Shown here in pieces: positions 49,823 through 63,277 of a stretch of DNA of 64,000 bases; the stretch's first letter is position 1, and each line of letters begins with the position of its first letter. The position numbers were made by a program, and so were the translations under genes. The stretch is from contig CM074821.1 in assembly GCA_037447605.1 (NCBI GenBank), forward strand, positions 248,001-312,000, given 5' to 3'. This stretch comes from Zygnema circumcarinatum SAG 698-1b (Eukaryota; Plantae; Zygnematophyceae). The notes under the pieces are model-generated. The model had not been told where the DNA came from. It ran no database searches and saw only the letters and a program-made list of their open reading frames with translations.

Positions 49823-50869
49823 TTTCAAAAAAAAAAAAAGGGGAGGAAAAGGAAGGAATTACTATTGACACATCTTTATTTTCTAGACACACACCTTAAA
49901 AAAAAGAAAAAACTCTAATACCATTGAAACTCTGAAGTAAAATCTGACCGGCAAAAAAAGGTGTCTACCTAGACAAAAAAGGTGTGGAAATAGCATTTTC
50001 CAAAAAAAAAAATCACATTCTTTATCCATTTGGCAACAATCTGTCAGTGAGTGCGTGCCACGTGGCGTGATGTAATGCCGCCACGGCTAAAATCGCGCAA
50101 TTATCGAGGTAAATACGTGGCAAGTACATTAGGACTCGACACGTGTCTCGTCAGATTCGAGCACTGCCAGCTAATGCGCTCATATGATTGGCCGATATGG
50201 TCGGTAAAACGTCGTTTTCTCTTAGTTCATCGTACGGATCCAATCATAGCGTCTGACAGAAAGCCAGAAAGGACAAAACTTGCCGACCACTTGCTCACGA
50301 ATTTGTCGTTTATTGAGTCAGTCCGTCACGTTCCGTTTTGTCGTTATGCTTTCGTTGTCGGTTTAGGCCGAACGTCCCATTTGCGCAAATATTCGGTAAG
50401 TGTGAACAGTCTTTCGGTTCGTCGTTGCCGACCTGACCGGTTCCATGGGATCTCTATTGCTGTTAGTGTCCCGTGGGCAGTAAGCCTGTCGTTGATACTG
50501 CATCGTACTATGAGGCGGTCTCCATTGGGGCGTGTCAATCTTGGCAATCTGCCAAGACCTATCTTGTTGTGGGGTAATTTGTGGCCTGGGATCCCACGAG
50601 AATGCTTCCCGTTCTGAGACAAAGGAGAAAGGATGGGATGGGACAATGAAGCCAAGCAAAGAAACTATGGAAGTAAAGAAGCCAGGACTCTGACTCCTTT
50701 CACTGAAGGTAGAATGTAACTAAGACTAGGCCTTCGCGTGGGAGTACATGCTGGACTAGGTGGCTCTCACGCTAATAATGTAAAATTTTTGACAGTATTT
50801 AACAACGCAATGACGCCGATGTTCCCTATCCAATACAACAGACAGATAGAAAGAGTCGGCACCTCGGGT

Positions 50870-53800
50870 CTAACAGACCCGTGTGCTATTGGACGCCACA
50901 TTATCCCTAACCAGCTGCGCTATCTTATGGACAAGAGGCTGCTCGTATCGATACACGCGGGACCCCTGCAAAGCAAAACCGGGACAAGAAAACATCGATG
51001 ACTGGTTCCAGTAAAGAAACCATGATCTAATGGTTCCTATGTAATAGGTTTCCAGGCGACCTTCACTTCAAGCGATGCAAAGCAAACAAAAGCAAATTTC
51101 CTCTCTACAGAACGGGTGAAGCCAAGGTAGAGAACATAGACAAGCAGAAAACATCTAAACCTTATGGCTGAGCAGAAAACACCAGATATGGAAGTAGCTA
51201 TATCCTGCTCAATTCACCCTGAGCTAAGAGACAGTCCCTGGTGGGCCCAAAGACGAAGGGATCCTCGTGCAGAGAGAGGAAAAGGACATACAGAAGGACT
51301 CGGAATATGAAGTTCATCAATGGGAAGAACCAGCCTTGAAGTACTGGTGATGAAAGCACCATCCCACAAATTAGCTTCCTTTGCATTTGGAGCCTTCAGT
51401 TGCACCTCGATCCCTACATACCCATGCAACCACACCATGCTGTCAGCTCCTAAAACCAAACTTCAGGCTGCTATAGAATCATGTATTTCTCAATTCCTTT
51501 TCGAAAAAAAAAAAAAAAAAGGAACGGCAACCCAGAAAGCAAGCTGGCTCATTTGAGAAGCGTCCTAAAAAGTGTACTTCTTTCGACCGAGACAAGCTTA
51601 ATGCAGGCTTCATATCTTCTTGAAGGCACATTCATGGTGCATCACGAGGCCCATCTTCAGAATAATGTCGTTGCTTTGTCTACAATGCTCCGACATAAGG
51701 GCCTCATGCAAATCGATCCCCCATCCATAAGGGGACTTCAAGCAATTAGCAACTTCTGAAGATTCGTCCGGTAATAACTAGTGCATGGCTACAGGTAGCT
51801 CTCACCTTGCTGTCTGCAAACTGCAAGGGCCACTTCGCGAACAGTGCCCAAAAGCACTCCCTCTTGTGCTGTGATAACAGCCCCTCCTTGCACCTGCGAC
51901 ATGACATGCACATCCTCAATGATAGTTAAGCCCTCTAGCTTGAGACCTTCCAAGGACTGCTTAGAACAAGAGTATCAATAACAACAGGGTGCATGTGAAA
52001 GTCTTGGAGCAGGATAACTTGGCCACAAGTGGGTGAACAAAAGTAGAGCTGAGAACAATATTTCCATTGTGAAGCAACTATGACGGAGACACAAAAGAGG
52101 CGCAAATGCAGGGAACAGAGTACACGTGAAGATTACACTAATTTCGAAAGTAAAGTTAGGATCACTAATCGGACTCATCAAAGGTTCCAGTACACCTCAC
52201 AAACCGTAGGTTGCATGGGTCCTTCAATTCAGAACGAGGTGCCTTTTTCTGAAAGGAGCAAATGAGAAATGCTGAACGACTCACCACAAAGAAGTTGCTG
52301 CTCATGCCTTCGAGCACACTTCCATCATCATCCATCAATAGAATCTCGTTGACATCAGGTGGCTTTGAGTCCTCAAGTGTCTTTCTTTGCCTGCCAGTCC
52401 CAAAACTTTTCACATGCTGAATATACCCTCAATGCCGTTGAAGTTTGCAAAAAGCGATTTATAAACAACTGCAATAAAGCAAACAAAATTGCGAGTCAGC
52501 CAGCAAAGCACTACATGCGACTACGAAAGGGCGTAAACGGAAGGTGATAAAGGTGCGCTTTATGATGCAAGAGCGGTTTCACTTACCGAACCCACTCAGA
52601 ATCTTTGGCTGCTGCATTTGTACGTGGATGGCCTCTAATTTCCACCTTCACCGGAGGTACTGGAGGGGCTGGAAGTGTTGTAAAGTGAATATAGAGATCA
52701 TGCGTCTGGACAATAAGCAATCGCACAATAGAAGGTAACAATGTTGTACTAGGACCTCCTTTCCCAGAAATTAGGACAAACTGACACTAAGTTTACAACA
52801 AGAGATGGTGATTGAATAATGACCCTCACTTATTTGATGCATTTCTTTGCAACAGGGTGCAAGTCTAAAACCCTATCTTTAAATCGAAATTCACCGTGAA
52901 TCTTCCAAAGAGGGTCAAACTTCAGAGAGCTTAAGAAACAAAAGAGACAACATATCTACAAGGTAAGATGGGGTGCATCGTCAGATCATCAGCTTCATAT
53001 ACAAAATTCATGGACATACAGCGCGGCATGGTTCCACGCTCGGAATTGCATAGGCTTTAGAGGAAAACCTGATCAGTCCACGTCAGCAATGCTGTAACTT
53101 TGAGCTCTCCTTCATAATCTGCGTATCTCTCCGAGAATGCTGTCAAGCCAGTTCGTAAGGACTTTAGCACTAATGGACGAAGCGTTTCGACCTGCAGTTC
53201 TCATTAAAACAACGTAACGTCATTGTCAGTCATGCGAGTGTCAAATGAGATATAAATAACTTCCATTCTGGACAACTAGGTCTTAAAAGTTCCGGATCTT
53301 GCACAAGCAGATTTCTTGATAAATTGGCCAGCTACTATTGAGTTCAGTCAGAAGATATTGGACCCTCAATCAACAAAATATAAACATGTCGCATAGAGGC
53401 CAAAACATCCTACAGCCATACAACGACCCGCCTGTCAACCAAAAAGTCCCTGTTAAACTTAACGCACCTTTATGTAAAACATGTCTTTGACTTAAACGAG
53501 TTTTGCCTAGCTCATCTACTCGTCGTTCACGTGCAAGGTAATCGTTTGGCAAGATTCACTACCTTAGTCAGCTGATGAGAAATTGCTGAAGTATCAGACT
53601 TGCCACTCGAGTCTATCATCAGCTCCACTGACTGCGCTGTACCCAAAAGAAGCATCCAAGTCAGTCACGAAGAGGCTGCATTACTAGAAAGCATGAATGT
53701 TGACCTTCACAGATAGAAACTCTAATAAAAAATATTAAACAACAATCATTCCGCATAGCTGTTCTAGAACTCGCTTGATAGTTTTCAAAAAAATCACTCA

Positions 53801-54474
53801 CACGCATCAATGCTGACTGTTCAAGCATAGAAGTTCGAAGCTTTGACGAAAAATGCCGAAAATGATAACAGTTAAGTTGAAAGATTCAGTATTGAGAGCC
53901 TACCAAGGCGTGCGACATGGAATTCAAACTCAAAAACGGAATTGCGATTTACAGTTCTCGCTGTTGTGTAAGCTCCTGAAATCAAGATTGTGACGACAAC
54001 AATTAGATATGCCCCTATACATATATCTGCACCAGCAGCACCCTAAGTTCTGCACCGTTTCTTGCATTTATGTGCACACGTACACGTACCGCTATGAGAA
54101 TAAAGTCCGGCTCCATTCTAGACTATTTTCAGCGACCATTCTCTGACTATACACAACAATGCACTGTTCTAAAGCAGAGAGGCAAGGCAGAATCATCAGC
54201 AGACATAAGGACACCTCATTATCAGAACGCCAAAAGTCATAGAACAAACTTTACGGGATTCGAAGGATTCAATACACCTATATATTGAATTTGTAATAGC
54301 TAGGACGAAAGTATTTTTATATAGTGTACCTCGTGCTGAAGAACTCAGAAACTCAGCTGATGTCTGCGCACATTCCATTAGCTGCTCGTTATGCACGAGC
54401 AGCGTTTTCGCAGCAGCAGCAGCAAAAGCAGCTGCATTCTCCATTCCTTCAGCGGCTTCGCTGCTTGTAGCCAT
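50870..54474 (-). CDS. Class-IV (D-amino-acid/branched-chain) aminotransferase-like PLP-fold protein, At3g54970-like; about 9 exons; an in-frame N-terminal extension to ~54798/54810 is possible
   Basis: Phase-consistent exons: MATSSEAA...SAEFLSSSAR|GAYTTARTVNRNSVFEFEFHVARL|AQSVELM..|VETLRPLV...ELKVTALLTW..|THDLYIH...GHPRTNAAAKDSEWVR|QRKTLEDSKPPDVNEILLMDDDGSVLEGMSSNFFV|VQGGAVITAQEGVLLGTVREVALAVCRQQG|IEVQLKAP...WDGAFITSTSRLVLPI. The final exon frame is uncertain. Confidence 0.88.
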
Positions 54475-55732
54475 ATGGCTTGCGACTTGACTATTCTTAG
54501 CCAGCACTGTGGTCAACAAACCAGGCCAGCAAACGCTTGCTGCAGGCGAAGAATTGGCAGGGAACAATGGAGGAAGGAGCCTCGTGAAAGGATTTCTACG
54601 GCTAATAAAAGAAATAGGAGAAGATGTCACTTTCAAAGATGAAGTCCTTTCCTGACGTTGCGCGTGTGCAGCAGAAGCCTTCAAATCCTTCCGCTCCCTA
54701 TGAAAAACCGAAAAAACAGGAGCAGAAAAGGGAGGAGATCCGTGCTGCTGCCAGCACAGTTTGATCTCAAAGTGCAGACACTTTCTGGCTGCAGCCATGG
54801 CTTCCTTCAAATGTCAAACGTTCCAAAAATATATCCCTTCTTTGAGAGCACCACTCCACCCATTGACCCAAACACTAACGCAGTTCCGTTGCACAATACG
54901 GAACTGCTCATTTACTGAGAAATTAGTAGAAATTTTCACATGTAAAGAGTGCATAGAACTGTGTTCGTACACAATTGATTTTTTTCCTTGCTTTTTAAAT
55001 TTAGTTTTCTGTTTATTGTCAACTTGGAATTTTGGGTGCCAAATTTTATGTCAGGTTCCAGTATGGGTGGTATCCGCCAATTAGACACTACCACGTGTGA
55101 CATTTGCTAGCGTGGCGAGCTAATACTGGCGACACGTGGAATATGTAGCTTCAAATAGATTCGGTACCCAAATGTGGAGGAACATCCCATCAAAAAATCA
55201 ACACAGAATACGTACAAATGTAACAAAAAAATAATTCAAAAAAGCAAAAGAGAAGTACTGATTCGGAATATAATTTTCATAACATTGATCCTTTTCAAGT
55301 TACGCCCCTTTAGCACGGAATCGCTGAATTTCATAAAAAATTCAGCGCATAGAAAGGAAGTTACGGGACAGGAACTGGAACTAGACAGCGTTATACTCAC
55401 ATAGAACTGGTTGGCCTGTCCTTTTGGAAGGTTGGCAGATCCCTCCCCTCAGGCCGTGCAGGCAGCAGGCATTGGAAGGCGCTAGCTCTGCAGCAACTGC
55501 TTCTTGCTGGCGCATTTTCTATCTAAAAAAAGGAAAGATTTCATCACTTATTGACCGAATTCCTGCTTGTACATTTCGGCATTCAGATTTCTATTTTTTT
55601 TTCTCGTTGCTGGGACTCTGCAACCGTTTTTAGGGTTTGGTGGAGAAAAGTCGTTGCTTCAACTTGAACTCCTTATTGAGAGATCAACACTGTAGCAAGG
55701 GGCTCTGTTTGGAAGGAAAGGCTTTGATCGGA

Positions 55733-58117
55733 ATGGCTGCTGCTTCTGCAAACAGCAATCTTCCTCGGCGGATAATTAAGGTATTGCAGACAGGCTATGA
55801 AAATGATGCTTCCAGTATTGGTGATGGTGGCTGAATTTGGTCAAAGTCGGAGCAGAAAAAGGATTAGGAATCATAGAGTAAATGGAGAAGCGTAGTAGTA
55901 TGCAGCTTGTGAGCTGTTCCTTTGTTGTTATGTCAGGGTTTTTTATGTGGCAATCTGTTCAAGCTGTCGTCGTCTAGAAAGGGAACCAAGTGCGTTTGAA
56001 TAGGCAATCCTTCGCATGACATGCTCGAAGGGGGAGGGGCTTTGGTCGTCCTGCAGGAAACACAACGACTGTTGAGTGAGCCGGGTATTTACCGCACCTT
56101 CTCATGCAGCAAACGAAGCATTCGGAGACAAGCAGCCTTGCTGCTTTCTCTTTTCTGACCCCTTTGCGTGCCATGCCATCTCCACTAAATACAACTTCAA
56201 GAATGTTGGCAAGCTTGCTGACGGTGTTTGAAGGTGTTGTTTGGTCGAGTTGACAGCTCCTGGTATCAGTGCCTCGCCCTCTGAGGATAATTTGCGTTAC
56301 TTTAACGTCATGATTCTTGGACCATCCCAGTCTCCTTATGAAGGTACGTTTCTGTGTGCAGAAATTCTGTTCCCTCTTTTTCTTCTCTTGCTACGCTTTT
56401 ATAGGCTCGTGCCGTCATATCTTCGAGCGAAACAGCACTTTGCTCGGGCTGTCTCAATTTCCTCCATGCTTTCGACGCCCATTTGTCATGTTTTGGAAGG
56501 TTCTGTATTGAAGTGTTAGAGAAATGAGGTATTACTTTTTGAAAGGAGTCCTGCTCAGTTACTGCTCACCTGGTTGGCGTTGGCGTGTGCTGGTCCTTGC
56601 AGGCGGAGTATTCAAATTGGAATTGTTTTTGCCTGAAGAGTATCCCATGGCTGCTCCAAAGGTTGGTGTCTGCTCTGGATGTTCTTATGTTTGAGAATAT
56701 GACTGCACGGCACAGTAGACACTACATTACTTTGTCTCAGGTTGTTTTGCATCAGGGAATGGAGAGTAGCCCTGGCCCCTTTTTTGGAGCTTCAAAAAAT
56801 CTCAATCTCGACCTCAAGGATATCTCTCGCTTATCCGCACAGCTCTTCTCATTACTAATTTCTGCCAACTTCCGGACATGCCCGAGTTTCAGCTGATTCC
56901 TGTGATTTTTTGTGGCAGGTCCGGTTTTTGACGAAGATTTATCACCCCAATATTGATAAGGTTTGTCTGTTCCCTATTTTTTAGCGTACTTGTAGGGAAG
57001 TGAAGACGGTGGAGGGTGTGGTATTTTTTGTTCGCAGAATCAAAGGCAGTGAAAGCTTGTAGTCTTATTTTGATGGCCTTTGCATATGCAGCAGATAGTG
57101 AGGCAATTTTAGAGCCTTGATTCTAAGTGTGCACTTTGCGGAGCGATAGATTCTGTTGCTGACTGGCTGTGGGTGGGGATGCAGCTCGGTCGTATCTGTC
57201 TCGACATTCTGAAGGATAAATGGAGTCCAGCATTGCAGATCCGAACAGTGCTTCTGAGGTATTGCTTCCCCCTCAGTGCGCACTGCGTTTCACTGAATCT
57301 GACACGAAAGCTATGGTGTGATGCCTTTGTGTCGTTGGAGTTCCACACTTACTTCATAATCCCTTCATCGATCTCCGTCTGGCATGCCATCTCTTAGTGA
57401 GGATGAGCACACGTACTTTTTGCAGTGGATGCTCACTTAATCTTGACTTAGTGGGTACTATTTTTCTTTAGTAACATAGCAGTTGAACTCTCTGTATGCT
57501 GTTTTATGAGGCCTATTTGATTTGCTGCTATATGAAAGAATATGCTTCTGCTGAGCTGTGTTCAATTTTGGTGGCAATTTTGTCTAACGCCTTTTCTCTG
57601 ATCGAGCAGTATCCAAGCTCTGCTGAGTGCGCCAAATCCAGACGACCCGTTGGCGGAGAATATCGCCAAACATTGGAAGACAAATGAGGCAGAAGCTGTC
57701 GCAACTGGTACTCACCGAGATCTATGTGGGGGAATTCTTTTTACATAGAAACGCAGTTAGATTTGGCGAGTCCGACGGGGTGGGATGTCTGTGCTCAAAG
57801 TCATATCCCTTTAGTATTGTTTTACTATGGTTCAATCGAGTTAGGTTATTCTCATAAATCGACGGGTCCTTTCCTGCAGTCGATGTGTCTGTCCAGTTCA
57901 TCTTTACCAAATTCTGGCGGGTCTCTCCTGCTCGCTGTGGTTGAAAAATGCAGTCTATGCAGGAGCCAGCCTCGTTCGTTGTCTATTAGCTTGAGAACAG
58001 TCCTTTTTTTTCCGATTTTTGGACAGCAGGTGATTGGCCTTTGCAACACTAAATTAACTTGTTTCTGTGATTATTGCAGCAAGGGAGTGGACTCATCTAT
58101 ACGCAACGGGAGCATAA
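55733..58117 (+). CDS. UBC13: Ubiquitin-conjugating enzyme E2 UBC13 (plant UBC35/36). Exons 55733-55780, 56057-56084, 56256-56343, 56603-56661, 56918-56959, 57185-57258, 57611-57708, 58080-58117
   Basis: [16 protein letters not shown]|ETQRLLSEP|[29 protein letters not shown]|[20 protein letters not shown]|[14 protein letters not shown]|[25 protein letters not shown]|[32 protein letters not shown]|[12 protein letters not shown]. Confidence 0.98.
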
Positions 58118-60649
58118 CATCACCAGAACAGAAAGCGACTTGTTCTATGCAGCGCAGCAACAGACTGGGAACGAAGCGGGTGAGGACGAGGGAGGGTATG
58201 TGAGTGGCAACTGGCGGTGTTCGTCGGTGCAGACGGTGCGATTATGACGCGGTAGATCGTTAGTTGTACAGAGATCATTGCCTGAGCGAAACCTCAGGAG
58301 GCAAAGCGCTTTGCGTCTGTGAGGAGGGCTCTCAAGGCGGCAAGTGGTGCAGCCTGTCTTTTCGCCGTTGTATGGCCCCGATGTAAAGAGCAATTCTTGG
58401 TTATTTCCAAAGCTGGGGCTCTCCTGGACTCGAGCAACACTCTCTGTCGGTAAGCGCTTCCATGGTTCCTCTGTGGGCATGCGCGTTTGTTCTGGCAGTG
58501 CCGGCGGATGGGGATACAGGCAGGTTTGCGGGCTATGAGAAGTCTCGTCAGATGATGGCTGCACTCTCAGTGTCAGAGCAAGAGCGCTTCCAGATTATGG
58601 CCAGTAGCGTGGCTCATTATAGGGATGACGATTCTGCAATGTCTTATTCCACAACCGGGCTTTTTGAGCTTTTGGTTTCAGACGGCGGGGTGGGAGGTGT
58701 TAGCTGCAGCAGCTGGCTGGGTTTAGGGGGGTTCAGCAGCTTGAGTCAGATCTTGACTGTCCTACAAGTCGGTGATTGACCAAGTTGTTTGCTTTACTGA
58801 GCCGACATGCATTAGTCATATAATAGTCAAAAGTGTTGGACAGTCCTTAAGCGTCGAAGCAGTTGGGGGGGTGGGACGGAGGGCGATTGTGTTAAATGCG
58901 GCGGTCCTTTGTGGAGGTGAAGGGAAGAAGACGGGAGAAGAAGGGAGGGAGATGCAGATGGAGCGCAGTTCATGGGGATGATGGCCATGGACCTCCGGCA
59001 GGTTCCATGTGCTTTCAGTTCTGCTGCTTGGAACAAGGACACCTCAGGATTGGCGCTTGCGCAATCGCAGATTTGAGCCAAACGTTTGCTCCCAAGCATG
59101 TGACCTTTGTAGCCAACCTTTGGTGAATGAGAAAAATCACAAGTTGCCGTACGGTTCCCAGCATACGCTTCCCTATTGAAAAAGTGAAGCCTACCGAGAA
59201 GTTGAAACTTCAGTTGGACACGGCCATGAAGTGATGTCAGGTGGCTGTGATCCGAAACCGCAGATGCCAAGATGGATTTGGGCGTCACCTTGACATCTTC
59301 ACTGTCACCGTCGGAATCAGTCAAGAAAAGTAGCCAGTCGATTGGTGCAGAGTGCAGTGATGTGAGACCAAAGCAAAACAAAAAAAAAACGCAGACAACA
59401 TTCTACGCATTACAGTTGAAGCGTGACATCGCTTTTTTGATCTCCCTCAAGTCGCCCCGTCCCTTGTTTAGCATACTGCCCACGTGTTGGAGACCGAACT
59501 ATCCCTGGTGCTTTCCTTCCTCCACCGGCGAGATGCACCGCATTTTCATCATTTGCGGCCGCTTTTGGAGCCGGGTTGGGTTTGGAGGCCCCGTAGGAGC
59601 TGCTCATTAGCTTCTCCAGTCGGCCACTTGGGGCATCATCGTAGGTAGATTCTAACCAATTGAGCAAAAACTAAACAACTGTGGTGTGTTGAATTAAAAA
59701 CTATCTCAGACAGATTTTGATCACCAAACTGTAGAGTTTGGTAATGAACAAATATGCGTTCTCGTCGTCACTTTCTTCAATTGGTTGAAGCTCGGAAGGT
59801 GGAAACTGAGGGACGAGAGAGTGGGCGGAAAGTTATTCCAAGGTGGAACATTGCCGTACGATCGTCCGTGTGATACAGTAGGACCCCATCACATTTTCCA
59901 CCTCAACATTTGCGTCATGTAGCACAAGATAAGTGGGGTTAAGGGGAGACTGCTGAGCTAGTTGCAGGTGCTGTACGGCCACTCGCTCGTCCGTGCTGAA
60001 ACTGATGAAGGGTTGGGTTGGTGCTGTGGGTCTGCCTGCAACATAGAGCCAGGATCCGGGGGATTCAGAGGTACGCGCAGCGGAAGACGTAGGGATCCTG
60101 AAGATGTTCCCACCGGCGGCTGGACTCGATNNNNNNNNNNGGAGGGTTCACGTGCATTTCTTCCGTCACTGGCGCCGTCGGCTCCGGCTGTGCCGCTGTC
60201 GGCTCCTCCTCAGTGAGATCGTCAGTTTCCTCCTCAGGCATGGATCCCAAGGGATGACCCGTGGAAGGAGGGAGGACGGGAGTTCTCCTGACAGGGGGGG
60301 CGACCGGTGGAGCCGTGCCAGAGGAGCTGGCGCCGTTGACATTGGCAGGGAGGAATGGCAGGGGATGCGAATGAGGATCACTCTGGTTGACAGGGAGCCT
60401 GCGCAAGGCCGTTGCAATCTCGGCGATCCGGGCTTGAGCACCCTCTTCAGAATTGATGGGTGATTCGGACCAAGCCGGTTGCAATGCTGCGGCAATCTGT
60501 GCAGTGCGGGCGCGGGCAGCCAGATCGGGCTCGGCCCCTAATGCGTTTGTCAAGGAAGGGGACTCCATAGGGTGCAGATGGATCGGCGGACGTTGCAGGA
60601 TGGTATAAGAGGGTGAAGGAGGTGGAGGCGGGCGAAAGTGTAACGAACC

Positions 60650-60715
60650 TGCCTGCAGCAGGGTTCGAACTCAGGACCTCCCAGTATTCACCTAAGTGCT
60701 TTACCATTAAAAGGC
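60650..60715 (-). pseudogene. Degenerate tRNA-like sequence (GAA anticodon position; SINE-head or tRNA pseudogene)
   Basis: The minus strand reads GCC-TTTT-AATGGTAAAGCA-CTTAG-GTGAATA-CTGGG-AGGTC-CTGAG-TTCGAAC-CCTGC-TGCAGGC-A. It has a partial A box, a GGTC...GTTCGAACC B box and terminal GCC/GGC pairing, but the D-arm 5' strand is missing and the T stem is mismatched. Confidence 0.6.
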
Positions 60716-60763
60716 AACCGCGGATGTAAGTACTCGGCCATACAACCCATGTATAGCGTTTCG

Positions 60764-61998
60764 CTACAGAAAGGGAGCATGAATTCTCGATGGCGTGTGG
60801 GTAGCCAGGAGCATGTCCATGAAAGTGATCTCTGCAGGAGAGCTCCCTGCAGCTGCATCTTTCCCCTTTCGGGCTTTCTCACTGGAGAGTCTCCGCATGC
60901 ATACACGGGCATCATGTCCCGTGATCTGGCAGAAGGTGCAGGTCCATGGTCCACAACGCAGCCTCGGGTTATGATTCATGCCGCAAGCAAGACAAACGCC
61001 CTCTGGAACCCCTGCCTCTGTCATCCGACGGCGCAAATCGGCCCTGGCAGCCTCTCTCNNNNNNNNNNCCGCTCATCACTATAGCACTCTATGTAGCGAA
61101 GTCGGTCTAGCACAGTGATTGGATCTGAAATCCAGCGTTGTCTGAAAGCCTGTTTGAATGTGTCCCTTGTCAGGGTGCCGACGACATCTGCTTTGTGCCA
61201 GTTTCGGGACAGCTTCCAATTGACTGCCTCTCCTTCCAGCGCTCCAAGGGCCAGCTTGATCCACTGATCCTCTTTCAGGTCTGCTTGCGCTGCCTTCTCC
61301 TCAAGATGTCTCAGCCAGGCTTCTGCATCTTCCTGCTTTCCGGTGAATCCTCTAGTGATGATGCCCGTGGTATCTCTCACCTCACTCTTTTCAGGATTCA
61401 TGGCTATCAGTTTTGTCATCATCTCTTCCATCTTGCTGGGAACCTCAGATCTGAGACGTGTGCTTCTCTGCAGGTTGATGCAAAAGCTGGAGGGTCCTTG
61501 CGATCGTCCTGCCCTTGCCCCTGAAGCCGCTCGCCTGGGGCTGCCGGATGGGTAAGTTGTGAACGCCGGAGGTGAGGGTGTCTTCTGAGGAATCCCCTGT
61601 TCTGCTGTGGGACTGCGTGCCGCTGCTGTGCTTGAAGGGACTCCTGGTGCAGTAGTTATCCGACTGAGATCCCGTGGGTTCTGTCTCTGGTGGGCCGCAG
61701 GGGGGATCTCAGGTTCGAACGGAACTCCTCTCTTCACGGCATCTGCGGCCGTGACAGCAACTGGGCAAGCTGCCAACTTGATCATCCTGCGTGCATATCG
61801 CCAAATAAACCTATGGCCATCACTGCCTAGATGGAGTCGCTGCAGTTCTTCAATCGACTCGATCTGCTCAAGGTAAGCCAAACTGGGATAAGGGTTCTCT
61901 TCTGTGATGCCCATCTTTAGTCTTTCTCTGACTGCTTCTTCCTCTGAGTCTGAATCCGTCCTTGGATTCCCGATCGTCTGATCTTCTTGAAGTCCCAA
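60764..61998 (-). CDS. Retrotransposon Gag-like protein (capsid domain plus CCHC zinc knuckle), split by the N gap at 61059
   Basis: FTGKQEDAEAWLRHLEE...IKLALGALEGEAVNW...TFKQAFRQRW (Retrotrans_gag pattern) in ORF 61021-61998; CTFCQITGHDARVC (CX2CX4HX4C) in ORF 60764-61036. Confidence 0.75.
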
Positions 61999-63277
61999 GT
62001 CTTCATCTGAAAACTCATGAAGATCTGCTTGTCCCTCTTGTTGGCGGCTGTGACACGGGTCACAGGATCGGCAGCCTCACGTATCAAGGTACGTGGATCT
62101 GCCAAACTCAAATTTAATACCAAGATAGTGTGCTAAGGGGAGATCGCTGAGCTGGGCCAGAAAGCCGTGACGGCCACTCGCCGTCTCGCGGCCAAATCGG
62201 CGAAGGGTCGGGGTTGGTGCCGTGGGTCCGCCAAGATCCAGCCAGATCCGGGATTCAGAGGTAATGCCAAGAAAGGAAGACGAAGACCTTGAAGATGTTC
62301 CCACCGCATGGCCGACTGATGCTAAAGAGCCCTTCCTTGGGGCCTTCCCCTCGCCCTCTCTTCCCCGCTATTCTCTTCGCTAGACTCTAGTTACACACGG
62401 GTCATTGGAGTGAGCAGGGCAAGCGTGATATCACAAGATGGTAGCTTGGCATAGTGACAACAAAGGGAAAATAGGACTCAGCTTAGATAAAGGTCGTGTT
62501 TTGGAAACTCACCCCAGCCAGCGATTGGCTGGGGATTGTCATTACAATGAAAGTGTCTTCTCACTGAAATCTTTGTCTGGCTGGGCTGAATGGGATGTCT
62601 AAATGCTATCAGCAAGAAGACTCTTTCTCTTTCTCTCTATGCAATGGAACTCTCTCTCTCTCTCTTACTTAGCATCTGTTGCTGGAGCTGAAGAGGCAGA
62701 AAAAGAAGAACAAGACAACAAACCANNNNNNNNNNTGGCAGTAGATCCTGAGTCTTAGCAATGACAGTCTCTGATTGGCCAACTGCCCGCTGAGAGGCCT
62801 GACTGACTACGTGGAGCCTTCTGATAGGTCAACAAATGACAATCGGCGGCATTATGCGGCGCTTCCGAGTGCGCCTTGCTGGATGGTGTGCTGTTCTGTG
62901 GGCCGACAACACATGGCGCCGCCTTCTCGCATTCTCCGTCGGCAGCCCTTGGATTATGCCGGTCCGTGACACTGAAGAGGCATATGTCAAGTACAACTGA
63001 ACTGACGCGGATCCGTCGAGCGCAGCTCCACTACGCTACAGGCGCGAACAGAATCGAGGACCCACGGACTGCCGATGTGACGCGATCTGATTGGGTGGAT
63101 GAAACTGTACGGGCCTAAGTGTACGGATGAATCGCGACCCTTGTTCTCAACGACAACTCGCAAGAGGCAACAATGACAATATATTTCATGCACTGAATTG
63201 AGGTCCAAGACTCACAATAGCTTGCTTGGTGCCAATCCTGACAGAATTCCGCTTCTAGCTTTATTCTTTTGTCCTTA

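Larger units (their letters stand above)
59928..62310 (-). mobile_element. Ty3/gypsy-like LTR-retroelement remnant, gag only, with diverged ~180-bp direct repeats (59940-60120 and 62135-62305)
   Basis: The direct repeats share taaggggaga..gctgagct, acggccactcgc, gggttggtgc.gtgggtc.gcc, gatccggg..attcagaggta and tgaagatgttcccacc. A degenerate PBS-like TTGGTAT follows the upstream repeat (minus strand, ~62123). No PR/RT/RH/IN seen. Two N gaps lie inside. Confidence 0.7.

Noticed and set aside
58145-59667. Three minus-strand ORFs (58145-58564, 58827-59381, 59410-59667) as a gene convergent with UBC13
   Set aside because: There is no recognisable domain, and I could not build a phase-consistent exon chain. 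A decayed gene or TE fragment is possible but unsupported.
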